From Octopus vulgaris (lineage: Eukaryota): a stretch of DNA of 64,000 nucleotides. This document shows positions 1 to 13,029 of the stretch, piece by piece (the first letter of the stretch is position 1; every line of letters starts with the position of its first letter). Under the pieces are notes generated by a model, which saw nothing but the letters and a program-made list of their open reading frames with translations, did no database searches and was not told where the DNA came from. Location: assembly GCA_951406725.2 (NCBI GenBank), contig OX597822.1, positions 18,724,001 through 18,788,000 on the forward strand, read 5' to 3'. Position numbers and translations under genes: made by a program.

Positions 1-502
1 AACAGCTACCTCATTAAAATCTCATAGCTACAAGATAATGCATGATTAATTCAAAACAAAGTGGATGAAGAAGCATTCATTTTGGCAGAATAATGCGAAC
101 ACTAAAGGGTTAAAAGGGAACAGTCTGTCAGTTGAAACAATTACTTGTCAAGTGCTGCTGCTATCCTCTCTCTCTCTCTTTCCTTCCTCTCTCTCTCTCT
201 AGCTCTCTCTCCTCCCTCTCTTTCTCATTGTGATATCCTGGATGTTCTATCGATATAGGGTGGCATGGGCAAGATGGTGGTTATGTCTTCTTATGCTTAC
301 ATAGCCATGATATATACTTTTAATTCATACTCACTTTCAAATGGTGGTTGTAGTTATATACATGTGTGTGTGTATTTATACATGTATTTTGTACGCATAT
401 GAGTATACACACATTTATATGGTATTCTAAACACAGATATATATTTGTGTGTGTAAGAAAATATGATGACAAAGGTATGAACAATTATCTTATGACATTC
501 AT

Positions 503-960
503 TAGCTTACAGCTGTTTCTACTGCAAGATTCAGTGAACTCATAGATGAATGTTTACTCTTTACTCTTTTTTACTCTTTTTACTTGTTTCAGTCATTTGA
601 CTGCGGCCATGCTGGAGCACCACCTTTTAGTACTTATTCTATCGGTCTCTTTTTTTGCCGAACCGCTAAGTGACGGGGACGTAAACACACCAGCATTGGT
701 TGTCAAGCAATGCTAGGGGAACAAACACAGACACACAAACACACACACATATACATATATATACATATATACGACAGGCTTCTTTCAGTTTCCGTCTACC
801 AAATCCACTCACGAGGCATTGGTCGGCCCGGGGCTATAGCAGAAGACACTTGCCCAAGATGCCACGCAGTGGGACTGAACCCGCAACCGTGTGGTTGGTT
901 AGCAAGCTACTTACCACACAGCCACTCCTTGAGTAACATCTTATAGCTTCATCAGAGCCA
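503..960 (-). ncRNA. Type I hammerhead ribozyme motif interrupted by a SINE
   Basis: Minus strand reads tggct-CTGATGA-agctataagat ...[SINE]... atcttgcagta-GAAAC-AGCT-GTA-agcta; stems I and II pair and stem III is the palindromic minimal type. Confidence 0.6.
553..929 (-). mobile_element. tRNA-derived SINE, full length
   Basis: Minus strand begins AGGAGTGGCTGTGTGG (A box) ... GGTTCAGTCCC (B box), has an internal TG/TA tract and ends in (AAAAGAGTA)n; related copies at ~14549 and ~50718. Confidence 0.8.
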
Positions 961-1073
961 CTATCATCTCATTTTATTATTACTGGTCTGTACTTAACTA
1001 ACTTTGTTCCGAAACATATGCATATTGAGTTCTACACCAGGTTTCACAATGCCTAAACAAAAATATGTACATA

Positions 1074-2623
1074 TCTCTTATTATAAAAGGCAGATTTTAT
1101 CTGCCTCCCTTTGGGAGTTATACAAATCTACAATATAGGATTTCTTTAATTACAATTTACCTTGCATTTTTGAGAGTACAATGCATTGCGTCATGCCAGG
1201 TCCAGTTTTTAAAATTTAAACTCCAATTAAGCAAAATTTACAGAAAACTCACATTCTTGTGTGTGTGTCAAATGCTTTTCTTAGTCTGGTTTACACCACA
1301 CGCAAACGCACACACACAGTGGGCAACGAATAAAATGAAAGTAAATAGCGACAGAGTGATTTGAGGAAGCCTAAACTGAAAGTAATTAAACCACTACTCA
1401 AAAAAAAAAAAACACAGCAAACAGAAACAAATAAATACATAACCATTTAGTCCTCACACAATTTCTTCAATTAGAATTTACCTAAGATTTTTCAAAGTAC
1501 TCCATTCGCTCATGCCATAATATATTTCTTTCAATTTCACCCCCAATTAAGACAAAATTCGAGAAAACTCAATATTTTAACATATCACTCCGAAAGCATT
1601 GATGTACATGTGTGCTTGCGAGAGTGTGTGTGTGTCATTCCTCACACACACGCATACACATACATATACAACTACATACAACTACATACACATACAACTA
1701 CATACAAACACGTGTGTGTTTGTTATTAGTAAAAAAGGCGCAAAAACACAACTCACTTATCATTCCAACACATTTGCAAAGACACACGGAGGACAGAAAA
1801 GGTAAATTGGTTTTTATTTTACTCTGTATATATTTTATTATATAATATTATATATAGATATATGTATACATAATTGCAGTATGAAACAGTGTTTATGTAT
1901 AAACAGACGACACTTATATATAGTTACCAAGCCGCCCGAATTTACCTATTCATATTTAAATGAGAATATCAGAGCAAATCTCTTTAGTACATTCGTGAAA
2001 ACACGTATTATACTTCGTAAACACTTCAACTACAGTTTTGTACAAAAATCGAAGTGTAATTTTAATTCCGTGAATTATGGGAGATTTTTTTCGAAATTTG
2101 TTCCTATTGTGTTTTCAAAATTTGTAATTCTGACAAAAAATGGATACGAATTTCATTATATCAAGCAGCGAGTCAGAATTCGAAGGATTTTCTACTGAAG
2201 ACCTTCATAAATCTAACTCTATGACTGAAAAAAAAAAGCATCTTTATATAAGAGTGAAGTTGTGTGTCTGTCTCCTACGATTTCGATTCCTAACTACTCC
2301 CACATTTTGCGGTGCAGTTTAACCAAAAGCGGGTATCTTATAGTCGTGATTCATATCGAGCCCTTCTGGGTATTAGCGTGCGTCTACGATGAGTCTACGA
2401 TTTAAAAAAAATTTACCATCATATTTTTCCATTTTAATGCATTTTTTTCGCTTTTATATAAGGGAAGTAACTCTCTAAAAATATCTACGATGTGTCAACG
2501 ATTTAAAAAATATTTACCTTAATTTTTTTTCAATTTTTAATGCATTTTTTGGCTATAACTCTCTAAAAATGCTTATATAGTTATTTCCCTTACAACCCGA
2601 GCAACGCCGGGCGATACTGCTAG
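1074..2623 (+). mobile_element. Non-autonomous Helitron-like element (second 5' end at 2241)
   Basis: A|TCTCTTATTATAAAAG 5' end, internal A|TCTTTATATAAGAG at 2241, 3' hairpin CCCG-AGCAACGC-CGGG followed by CTAG|T; no TSD. Confidence 0.7.
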
Positions 2624-2635
2624 TATATATATATT

Positions 2636-3250
2636 ATCATCGTCATTCACATTTGTCATCATGTATCCTATGCTGGCAAGTTTGTGAATGATTTGATAGG
2701 ATCCAGCAGGTCAGAGAACTGTGTCAAACTCCACTGCCTGTTTCGACAGGGTTTCTGCAGTTTGAAGCCCTTCCTAATGCCAACCTCTTGACTCAGTGTA
2801 CTGGGTGCTTTTGTTTGTGTCACCAACACTAGTCAGGTCCCTCAGTAACTTGCTAGACAAGGCCCTTTCATGTAGTATTAAGGGAGGGGCTTCATGCCAG
2901 GTGTTGAGAGGCAAGTATATGATATAGGGAGAGGTGTTTTGCTGGAGAGGGGATACTTGGCTACCCCTGTTAGAAAAGGAGAGATGGTGGTGATGATGTG
3001 GTGTCAGGGATGTACCTTCAGGGTAAAGAGGGTGAATATGAGGAGGATGGGAATTGGTGCAGGTGTGGGGGATAGTGAGAGAGGATGAGATAAACTCACA
3101 AGAGTGCTAGGTGGGTAACATATGGTGAGAGGAAGGGAATGCAGATTGTAGGAGATGCAAAGAATAGCAAATAAGGGAGTGGGGGGCATGGTCAAGGATG
3201 AATATTAGTTTTGGAGAAGGGAAAGAAAATAAGAGTCACAGGGGGAAGAG
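2636..3250 (-). mobile_element. Old RTE 3' UTR fragment
   Basis: Diverged reverse-complement match to the RTE 3' end, followed by a purine-rich tract like the complement of 6480-6810. Confidence 0.5.
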
Positions 3251-3354
3251 GTAATATATATATATATATACATGGAAACCCATTTGTGCACATACAACTC
3301 TCTCTTTCTCATATATATGTCATATATGAATGTATATATATGTGTGTGTGTGTT

Positions 3355-3537
3355 GTGCCGGTGGCAAGTAAAAAACACCCACTACACTCATGGAGTGGTT
3401 GGCGTTAGGAAGGGCATCTAGCTGTAGAAACACTGCCAAATCAGACTGGAGCCTGGTGCAGCCTCCTGGCTTCCCAAACCCCAGTCGAACCGTCCAACCC
3501 ATGCTAGCATGGAAAACGGACATTAAACGAGGATGAT
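3355..3537 (+). mobile_element. RTE 3' terminal fragment
   Basis: Matches 47850-48040 (GGAGTGGTTGGCGTTAGGAAGGGCATC ... GCATGGAAAACGGAC). Confidence 0.85.
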
Positions 3538-3542
3538 ATTAA

Positions 3543-3573
<31 letters not shown>

Positions 3574-4144
3574 GACAGACAGAGAGACAGAAACAGCAGT
3601 TTGTGGTGTCACAGCAACAACTATTAAATGCAACGGCTTCTTGGAATGCATTTCTGTAAGTTTGACATTGCGGAAACTGTACCCACATATAAAACCCACA
3701 GTTACTAAAAATATTTCCATACAACATTCAAATTGATAGGATAGTCTTATACATGTTAATATGTTTATAATAGACATTTTACTTACAGAATCTTTATTTG
3801 TAATGAACCCAGTGCTTGTGAAAGAGATAATATTGCTTGGCAATACATAAATGCTTATGCACTCACATACTCACATGATACGCAAATGGACAGCTTTCAA
3901 TTCTTCTTAGAGTTCTTATTGCCTTAATCCACATTGAGTATCCATTTATTATTTACTCATTATCAGAATAGAATTGATTCAGAGAAGACGAGAGAACGTG
4001 CTTAAATTGAAATCTCTTCTAGCTACTGTAAGTTTAGCCTATTTCCAAACAGATGATGATGAATTTGTGCCAGGATCTCTTCAACTCGTCTTCCATATAG
4101 TATTATATCACATTTGCTGTAATGTAATATCCTTGCTTGACAAA

Positions 4145-4202
<58 letters not shown>

Positions 4203-4205
<3 letters not shown>

Positions 4206-4672
4206 TAGTTTTATTTTTATAGCGTGCTTTCACTTCACTACCGAGCGTAGCTCTGTGTGCCTTGGGTATGTGCTGTGATTTGTTGTGATGCTCTGATGGT
4301 TATTGTATGGAAAGTGTTCTGCGTAGGATGTGTGCAGTGCCTAGTAGTGCAATTTTCTGTATGTTATATGTGTTTGTAAGTCCTGGTGTTTTTGTTATGT
4401 ATTTGTCTGAATATTTTTTTATCATGCCTAATGCACCTACTATGATAGGAATTGTTTCTGTTTTCAGATTCCACATTCTAGTTACCTCTATTTCCAGGTC
4501 TTTGTATTTTGAGAGTTTCTCCATTTCTTTTAGAGACACGTTGTCATCTGCCGGTATTGATACATCAATTAGAAAGCATTTTTTTCCTTCATGATCTCTG
4601 ACAACTATATCTGGTCTGTTGGCCTTAATTTCTCTATCTGTGTGTATCGGCATATCCCAGAGTATGGTTGCT
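4203..4672 (-). mobile_element. 5'-truncated R4/Dong-like non-LTR retrotransposon (RLE C-terminus plus 3' UTR)
   Basis: ORF 4300-4692 has ANRPDIVV...IDVSIP...EKLSKYKDL...IPIIVGALG...LLGTAHILRR (PD-(D/E)xK restriction-like endonuclease); (TAT)n on both sides. Confidence 0.85.
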
Positions 4673-4688
4673 TTTATTATTATTATTA

Positions 4689-4731
<43 letters not shown>

Positions 4732-5309
4732 GATGATGATAGATATACAATTGACATTTTTATTGAAAGTATATTATATTTTATGAATATTAGATGAGAG
4801 ATAAATATAATGAAGCCTGAAATATAATTTTAGTATCATCTTTCTCTATATGAAAGTCCTTTGCCATCTGATGGTTTATACTGATCTCTATTTGCACTTG
4901 GACGGCATGTGTGTGTGTATGTGTGTGTGTGTATTTGTGTGTAGTGTGTTTAGAGACAAAAGGGAAAAGCACTCTGTAAATGGCATAGGCTTTATATTCA
5001 TTGGAAACCAGTTGGTGATATCCAGTATATTTGGGTGGGGTGGAAATGTGTGTAAACATTAAATTAAGGTTATTGTTTCAAACCTTTTTTTAAGAATAAC
5101 AACAGAACAGTTGGCAACATGCAGACTCAATACTGTGCATAGAGTCAAATTTATTGTAAAGTTTCTGTAAACTGAGATTTCCCCCTTCAGTTTATTTGGC
5201 CACTTGAAGAAATTAACATTTCACTCTTCACAATTTTTACTTGTATCTATACAGAGAGAGCTATAGCTCAATTGACTAGGAATAGAATTAAATTAGATGA
5301 GGTGTAATT

Positions 5310-7140
5310 TGATTTTGTACCTGGGAAGAGTACCACAGATGCCATCTTCCAAGTGAGACAGCTGCAGGAAAAGTATTTGGCCAAAAACTTTTGACAGAGT
5401 CCCCTGTTCTGTTATATGGTGGTCTCTAAAGAAGTTAGGAGTAGTGCTGTCAGTTGGAAGAGAATTGGCCATGAATACAGTGATGAATTTAAAGTACACC
5501 AGGATTCAGTTTTCGATCCATAACAGAGGAATTCAAAATGGGATGCCCATAGGAACTACTATATATCGATGACCTCTCTCTTATTGCAGAATCTGTAGCA
5601 GAACTGGAGAAGAAATTCCAGATATGGAATCAAACCTGGAATCAAGGGGTCTTAAAGTTAACCTAGCAAAGACAAAAGTTGTTGTTATCAAGAAAGCAGG
5701 TAAAACTCTCTTGCCATCAGGGAAATGGCCCTGCTGAATTTGTAGGAAAGGTGTTGGAAAGAATTCTATTCATTGCACCCAGCATAAGCTATAGACACAC
5801 AAGAAGTTCAGTGGAATCTCAGGTAGATTAATGGATAAAGTTGTCTTTGTATTTGGCATACAAAGTTGTCTTTGTATGTAGCAGGGAATTAGACTCTCCC
5901 AAATGATCAGGAGGCTCTCTTGAGGATGAGGATAGTTTTTGTTACCAAATGAGCAATGGTGGAAGATGTTCTGAAAGTATTGTTTCTAGAATAAGAATAG
6001 GATGGAGGAAGTTCAGAGAAATTTTAGTTCTATTGGCAACAAAAGACTTTCTCTCTGAGTGAAAGGTAGATTGTATGATGCTTTTGTACAAACAGCTATA
6101 CTCCATGGTAGTGAGACTTGAGTTTTGAATGCAGAAGACATGCGTAGAATAGAGAGGAATGGAGGTAGTTGGATGTGTGAAATCAGTATGCATGTACAAC
6201 AAAATGCAAGTCTATTGAGAGAAAAGTTGAGCATAAAAGGAATCAGATGCAGCATGCAAGAAAGAAGACTACATAGGTTTGGACATGTGATGCGTATGAA
6301 TGAAGAAAGCTGTATAAAGAAGTGCCAATCACTGAGTGTGGATAGCACTTATGGAAGAGGGAGATCCAGGAAGGTATAGGATGAAGTGGTGAGGACTGAT
6401 CTCAGGATGTTGTACCTTACAAAGACCTACCCACCTCAGCAAAACTAAGTTCTAGAAGCCTTGTGGGTCCCACTCACATGTAACAACAATAAAACTTTTT
6501 TCCACACCCTACCCCACCATCTCTCTGCTGCTCTCTTGCACTCCTGTTCTCTTTCACTCACTCTCTCTCTCTCTCTCTCTCTTGCTCTTCCCTCTGACTA
6601 GTTAGCCATATATCTCATCTACAGCAACACACTCGTTACTGGCCTCAATCTTGATCACTCCTTCTCTCTCTCTCTCTCTTTCTCTCCTCTCCTTCTTTCT
6701 CTCTCTCTAACCAAGGTAACCATGTATCTCCTCTTCAGCAAGACACCTGTTTCTGTCTCACTATAACCTTTCATCACCTGACACCTCCTCAAATGCCCCT
6801 GCCCCTCTCAAAATTCCTTGTCTTGCAAGTTACTTGGTGACCCTGCCAGTGCTGGTGCCACATTAAAAGCACCCAGTCTACACTGCAAACTGGTTGGCAT
6901 TTGCAAGGGCATCCAGCTGTAAAATAGCCATGCAAAAACTAATCTTGCTTGTGCTGGTGTCATGTAAAAAGCACTGAGTCCACTCTGCTGGCTGGTTGGT
7001 GTTAGGAAGAGCATCCACCTGTAAAAAAACCTTGCCAAAACAGACAGGGAAGCATAGTACAATCTTCTGCCTAGCCAGCTCCTGTCAAATTGTCCAACCC
7101 ATACCAGCATGGAAAGCAGACATTAAATGATGATGATGAT
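5310..7140 (+). mobile_element. Degenerate 5'-truncated RTE LINE
   Basis: Stop-ridden homology to the 44292 ORF (PGKSTTDAIF, WPC..CRKGVG, GRGRSRK) and an RTE 3' end with (GAT)n at ~7128. Confidence 0.85.
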
Positions 7141-7799
7141 ATATTGTATTTCTGTTACAATGGGTGTGTGTTATGGGGCAGGGGTGGGGCAATACTATAA
7201 ATTAAGAACCATGCAAAGTTACCAAATGTTGTCATGTAAAATCAGACATCACAAAACAGAAAACATCACAAAACAGATGACTGAAAAAGTAAAACTGGAG
7301 ATTTTTTGCAGTCAAGCTAAAGGTCAAATATAAACTGTCCAATAATTTTGTTTGGTTGAACATGGTTCTTGTTTTATAATACCGTATTCATATATGCCTA
7401 TATGTGTGTGAGTGTATGTAAAATATTCTGCAGACTAACAGAATTAAAAAACAATTAACAACATATATATTAAAATAAACATCTTTCTCATATTACTTCT
7501 TCCCTCTGTTCATTGGCTCTCAGAAGCTGATGGAGTCTTAAGTGCTCTAGTATGACATACAACTTGTCTTGGACATTTTCCTAAGCCCAGTGAATCATCT
7601 GCAGCTTTGTGTATAAGCACAGCTGATTTCATCTCTGTAGAAGGAAAGAAAACAACCTCAGTTCTGCACTACCTACTTCATTTTCTTTTCCTTCATGGTC
7701 TCTGGGATTCATAAAGCCCAAAGCTTAATCCGGTTTCCTTCTAAACATGGTGCTGGTCTGTCATAGGGTTAACTTTTCAACTATTACTGGAACTCATTT

Positions 7800-8045
7800 T
7801 AAAGCAGAATGGGCTGGACCAATGGGAAATGAAGTGTTTTGCTTAAAAACACATCACATTACTTAATCCAGGAATTGAAACCATGCTCTTACAAGTTTGA
7901 GTGCAACAACCTGACCACAAGGCCACACATTTTCATTTAGAAGGATGAAAGGCAAAGCTGACCTCAGCAGGTTTTGAACTTGGAGAAGCAGCACAAATAC
8001 CATAATTTCAATCGATGTTTGTGCTCTAATAATTTTGCCAACTCC
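7800..8045 (-). mobile_element. Degenerate SINE fragments
   Basis: B-box-like GGAATTGAAACC and an AGGATGAAAGGCAAAG..GACCTC..TTTGAACT motif, also seen near 12670, 15090, 30530 and 49930. Confidence 0.5.
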
Positions 8046-8305
8046 ACAAGTCTTGTTCAAAATAAGCATACATCATAGCAGAACACAACTCTTTCTGGAA
8101 ACTGGTTGCATTTGTAAAAGATAAAAACAGATCTGTCATCAGCCAGGAAATAAATAAAAGATATTTTAAAAATTACACAGGTTGTAAACACTTGAAACAT
8201 GTCAATATTTTTGGTTATAACTTCATGGAATTTGAATTTCTTCTATTTATACATAGAATAATACAAAATATGTTAACATAAACATCTTTGACTGCATGCA
8301 TATAA

Positions 8306-8336
<31 letters not shown>

Positions 8337-8923
8337 TGTATGTATGTATGTATGTATCTATCTATCTATCTATCTATATGTGTGTGTATGTATACATATG
8401 TGTATATATGTGCATTTTTATTTCTTTATAAATGATTATGTGTGAATGCATCAAAGTACCTGTTTACTGTAGACATAGTAAAGTGGCCCCCACTCAATAT
8501 TCACAAAGACCTTTCCCCTAAAGTCAGCATCCATCTACACTAAATCTTTCCTCTTCCCCCATCTCATTTTATTTATCCTTAACAACTTCAGACAATTCTC
8601 CCCACCCCTCTCAAATATTTGACCTCTTTCTTCAAGCTTCTTACTTACTGACCATCTTATTTCTTCAAACATTTGTGGGTTTTCTTTTTTGTTTTTTATT
8701 TGGACTTTCTGCTCTGTTCTTCCAGCTTCACTAATCATTTCAAATTATATCTTTGGTGAGTTAACTTGGGATTCCTTAATGACAAAATAACCTTCATATA
8801 ATTCAGGTATCTTTAGCCTGGTGAGTCGCTGGCCGAGTACCACTTGAGTAATTATTACGTCAGAGGATCTGCTAGCTAGGAAACATATGTAGCCTGGATT
8901 TTACCTGCCCATTTTACCAATTC

Positions 8924-8970
<47 letters not shown>

Positions 8971-9189
8971 AGTAGATATTAGACCTTGATCTTAGCCGTA
9001 TATATATATAATCAGTTCTAAGATTCATTAGAATCCAAATATTTTAACATTCAGGACACCAGAAAAGGGTCGAGTCTCACACATACATAGATATATCATA
9101 TGTATACATCTATTTATATATGCACATATATATGAATTTATATATGTGTGTGTATACATGTACACGTAGGCTACCAATCCAATTGCAAG

Positions 9190-9472
9190 TTAAAGATTCA
9201 TGACAGCTGTTTGAACAGCAGCATTCTTTTTCATTGATGAATAATTTGGTTACAGGACAAAAAAAGTCTACTCTCGTCAGGTGAATTTAAACATAGGTAA
9301 GAGAAAAAATTCAAATCTATTCACTTTGTCAGGCAGGAGTTGATTTGAATTTTTTTCTCTTACCTATGTTTAAAATCACCTGGTGAGAGTGGATTCTGTT
9401 CATGTTGTATTTGAACTATTCATCAATAAATAAAAGAAAAATGCTGCTAAAACAGATGTCATGAATCTTTAA
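9190..9472. repeat. Inverted repeat / foldback (~130-bp arms)
   Basis: TTTAAACATAGGTAAGAGAAAAAATTCAAATC and TAAAGATTCATGACA both have near-exact reverse complements across a ~25-bp spacer. Confidence 0.85.
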
Positions 9473-9750
9473 ACTCCACTTGTATTTTTCATATTTATTT
9501 ATTTATAAAACACCATTATCCCTGTTTTACATTTTCTCTCCACTCTGAGTTAGTTACCACATACAAAGTCAGTGCTTATTCAAAGTCATTGCTTACCTAA
9601 GCCCTCTAGTGATCAGCTCTCTGAACACTTGTTGCCAGAAGCACCCATCATTTCCACATCTGTGTTGTTCATATTTAAGAGAACAATCAAACAATGGCAT
9701 TACTTGAAATCAAATTGCTGCCTTCATGTGTATATATATATATATATATA

Positions 9751-9873
9751 TCATCATCATCATCATCATCATCGTTTAACGTCCGCTTTCCATGCTAGCA
9801 TGGGTTGGACGGTTCAACTGGGGTCTGGCAAGCCCGAAGGCTGCACCAGGCCAGTCAGATCTGGCAGTGTTTC
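9751..9873 (-). mobile_element. Short RTE 3' fragment inside a (TA)n tract
   Basis: (CAT)n tail plus RTE 3' end, with (TA)n on both flanks. Confidence 0.9.
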
Positions 9874-9944
<71 letters not shown>

Positions 9945-10299
9945 ATTTGTGTGTGTATAAATATATATCTTTTATCTTTACTGGTTTCAGCCAATAGCAG
10001 AGGCCACATTGGGGCACTGCTTTTCAGTGTGACTGGGTTTCTTTCCTGTACTGTTTCTGGTGAAGTAGTTAGTGAGTTGGATAGAGCTGCTCTCCTTTCT
10101 GCCTCCTGTCACAATGTTGGTTTGTCTACTTTCTGATGAAAATTTCTCTAGATTTTCTTTGAAGACCTCCACATCTACACCTCGCAAATTTCTGAGGTTG
10201 CTTGATAGAATGATGAATAGTTGTGAACCCTTGAAACCGAACCCTTGAAACCCAAGTTGTTACAGTACTTATTCCAGATGAAGTAGATAGGATCTTTGG

Positions 10300-11070
10300 T
10301 ACCATTCAATACTGTCCAGTTTAGTGGCAGTTATAGCTTTTAATTCCCAATCTTCCATATGTGTATCACTGTATATTTTTCACACCTTCTCTCTAGGGAG
10401 CTTCAGATCCTTTAGCCTTTCCTCATAGCTCACCTGTTGTACAAGTCAATCTGTTTTGTATTGTGTTGTTGGATTGCCTTGTGCTCTGCCATCAGTTCGA
10501 CACTCTGAGGTGACCATAGTTGGGAGCAATAATCCAGATGACCAAGAATGAAAGTTCTCTATAAGAGTAGCATGATATCCTTTTTCCTGGCAGCTCTAAA
10601 TGATCTTAGAATCCATCCAGCTGCTTGTCTGCACAATGCTACCATCTTGCTAATGTTCATATGGAATGTTGCATCATTACTCATGTGGAATCCCCCGGTC
10701 ACACATCAGCTCTGACTCTGGGATTACACTAACCCCTGGTCCCATGTATTCTGTTTGTAATCTGATTGTGGGCAGATACTGGAGGGCTTGAAACTTCTCA
10801 GCATTGAACTGCATGTTACTTTCATTCGCCCATTTGTATACTGCTTTCAGGTCATTTTGCAGTCCTTGATTACTTGCAATACTTTTGTATCATCATCACA
10901 GCTGGTGAGACTGGCTGACTGTATGATTGAGAGCTTGTCTGAGGGAGCCACCACAAACAGTAGTAGTCTCAGTACAGTTCCCTGAGGGACTCCACTGAGA
11001 CTTGATGTCTCTCCAGAGACATACATACATAAATACATGACGGCTGTCCACTCACGATCGAGGAAGACCA
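10300..11070 (-). mobile_element. Degenerate CR1/L2-group LINE RT fragment
   Basis: SGVPQGTVLRLLLF...DDDTKV (decayed GVPQGSVLGPLLF / YADDTK). Confidence 0.7.
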
Positions 11071-11338
11071 TTGCTGACGTTTAGGAACATTGTGTGCTCT
11101 AGCATTAACTTATATTTTGCATTTGTGGCTCTGTTGGCGGCTAATGAACCCTGCTCTTGACAAGCGTACATGACTGCAAAAATTACAAACCAAGCTTTCC
11201 CCATTCACTATGCTAGCAGTGCACTTTCAAGCAGCACGCTTAAATTCTTCATGCAGAATATGTGCTCTTTCAAAGCTGTTGGCCCCTCCTTAACCTGCCC
11301 CCTCCATCTGTGGCAATGACAGGCATTGCTCTTCCAAT

Positions 11339-11417
11339 CAGTCTTCTACATATCACAGGCCTTTAATGAGGACTTGTGTCAAGTCCTCACTAAATACCTG
11401 TGATATGCAGGAGACTG
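11339..11417. repeat. Near-perfect ~38-bp-stem hairpin
   Basis: CAGTCTTCTACATATCACAGGCCTTTAATGAGGACTTG-TGT-CAAGTCCTCACTAAATACCTGTGATATGCAGGAGACTG. Confidence 0.85.
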
Positions 11418-13029
11418 TGAACTTGTATTTGTGTATGTATAAATGAGGTATTGATCAACCTATGGTTAAAGTAGAATATACCAGCTGACAGCATGTATGC
11501 AGTGGGTCTTAGCCTCAAATTTCATGAATGGAAATTCAGTTGATCTAACACATGGACACCTATCATCATTGAAACTGATGCAGAATTCCCCTACCATTTA
11601 TTTTAGGCAATACATTTCTGACATTTATAAATCGATCCCAGTCTTAGTAGGAAGAAATTACTTTAATAGCAGACTGCAAAGTATTTAGGAGCTGAACTTC
11701 CAAGTTCTGGTTCTAAATTTTAAAAATTACCAATGCAATAAATTGAAATGCTAAAATCATTTCAACTACAGAATGAAGGCATTTTTTTTATCTCAAATGT
11801 TTGCTATTTATTTTATCTATTTTTCACATATTTTTTTGGTTTTTGCTTTATTTATTATGTAAACAAAAAGGGTGAACCCATCAATATTCCAATAATTGAC
11901 AGTGGATAAAATGTATGTAATTGTAATTATTTGGATAGTTAATAGTAGTACTATTTATTTGTTTTTGCTTTTGTGGACTCTTCCACACTCAAATGATTTC
12001 TAATGACAGTAATTATAATTAGTAAAATGGGTCACATGATAGTAATTCATCCTTGATACATGGGAACTAAACTATTTCATTTCAACCATAAATGTTTTAA
12101 TGGAGAAAGTATGTCATGACACATGAACACAAATAGCTCAAGTCAATAAAGTATGGAATAGAAAAACCAGCAGGTCTGAGTTTCCTGTCTTATCACTGGT
12201 ATTGCAATGCTTTCATAGCCAAGGCATTTAATACTCAAATGGCCAAGTCCACCTAGGGCTCTGTATAAGCAAAATAAAGTCATGTAAAAAGCACCCAGTA
12301 CACTCTGTAAAGTGGTTAGCATTAAGAAGGGCACTGAGCCATAGAAAACCCTGCCAAAACAAACAATGGAGTCTGGTGCAGCTCCTGACCTTACCAGCTC
12401 TTGTCAAACCCATGCCAGCACGGAAAACAGATGTTAAGTGATGATGATGATAACAAGAGTGTTGTTCAACTGAAAAATGTTTTCACTAACTTATAAAGCT
12501 GATTTTTCTTTTACTCCACCACCAACAGTGGTAGCGGTGGTAACAGCTGTAGCAGCTTCTGCTGTTGTATCTGTATAGCCCTAGGCCACAATTGTCCCAT
12601 GTTTTGGAACAGGACAGTGGTCCGATCAGAATGAAAATCACCACTTTGATATTAGCAGAAAATTTGAAAGACAAAGTTGACTTCAGTGGGATTTGAATTC
12701 AGAATGTTGAGAACTGAAACAAATACAAGCATTCTGACATTCTGACCAATTCACTTCCTCAAAACCATACTTACAACATCACAATCATCGTTTTGACATC
12801 CATGCTTAGATGAGTCAGATGGAATTCACTGAGGTAAATTTTGTATGACTGGACGCTCTTCCTGTTGCCAACCCTTACCTGTTTCCAAACAAAGTAATAT
12901 TTCCCTTTGACCAGACATACATGCTTCCACAAAAGACTGGAAATGAACAGACTCTCTTGTATGATAAAGATGTCAATTTACAAACATCACTTGTTGTCTA
13001 GACAAGGGTACACACACACACACACATTA

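Noticed and set aside
1-113. piggyBac-like MITE end (AAAGGG|TTAA)
   Set aside because: Only one end is visible, so the TIR pair cannot be verified.
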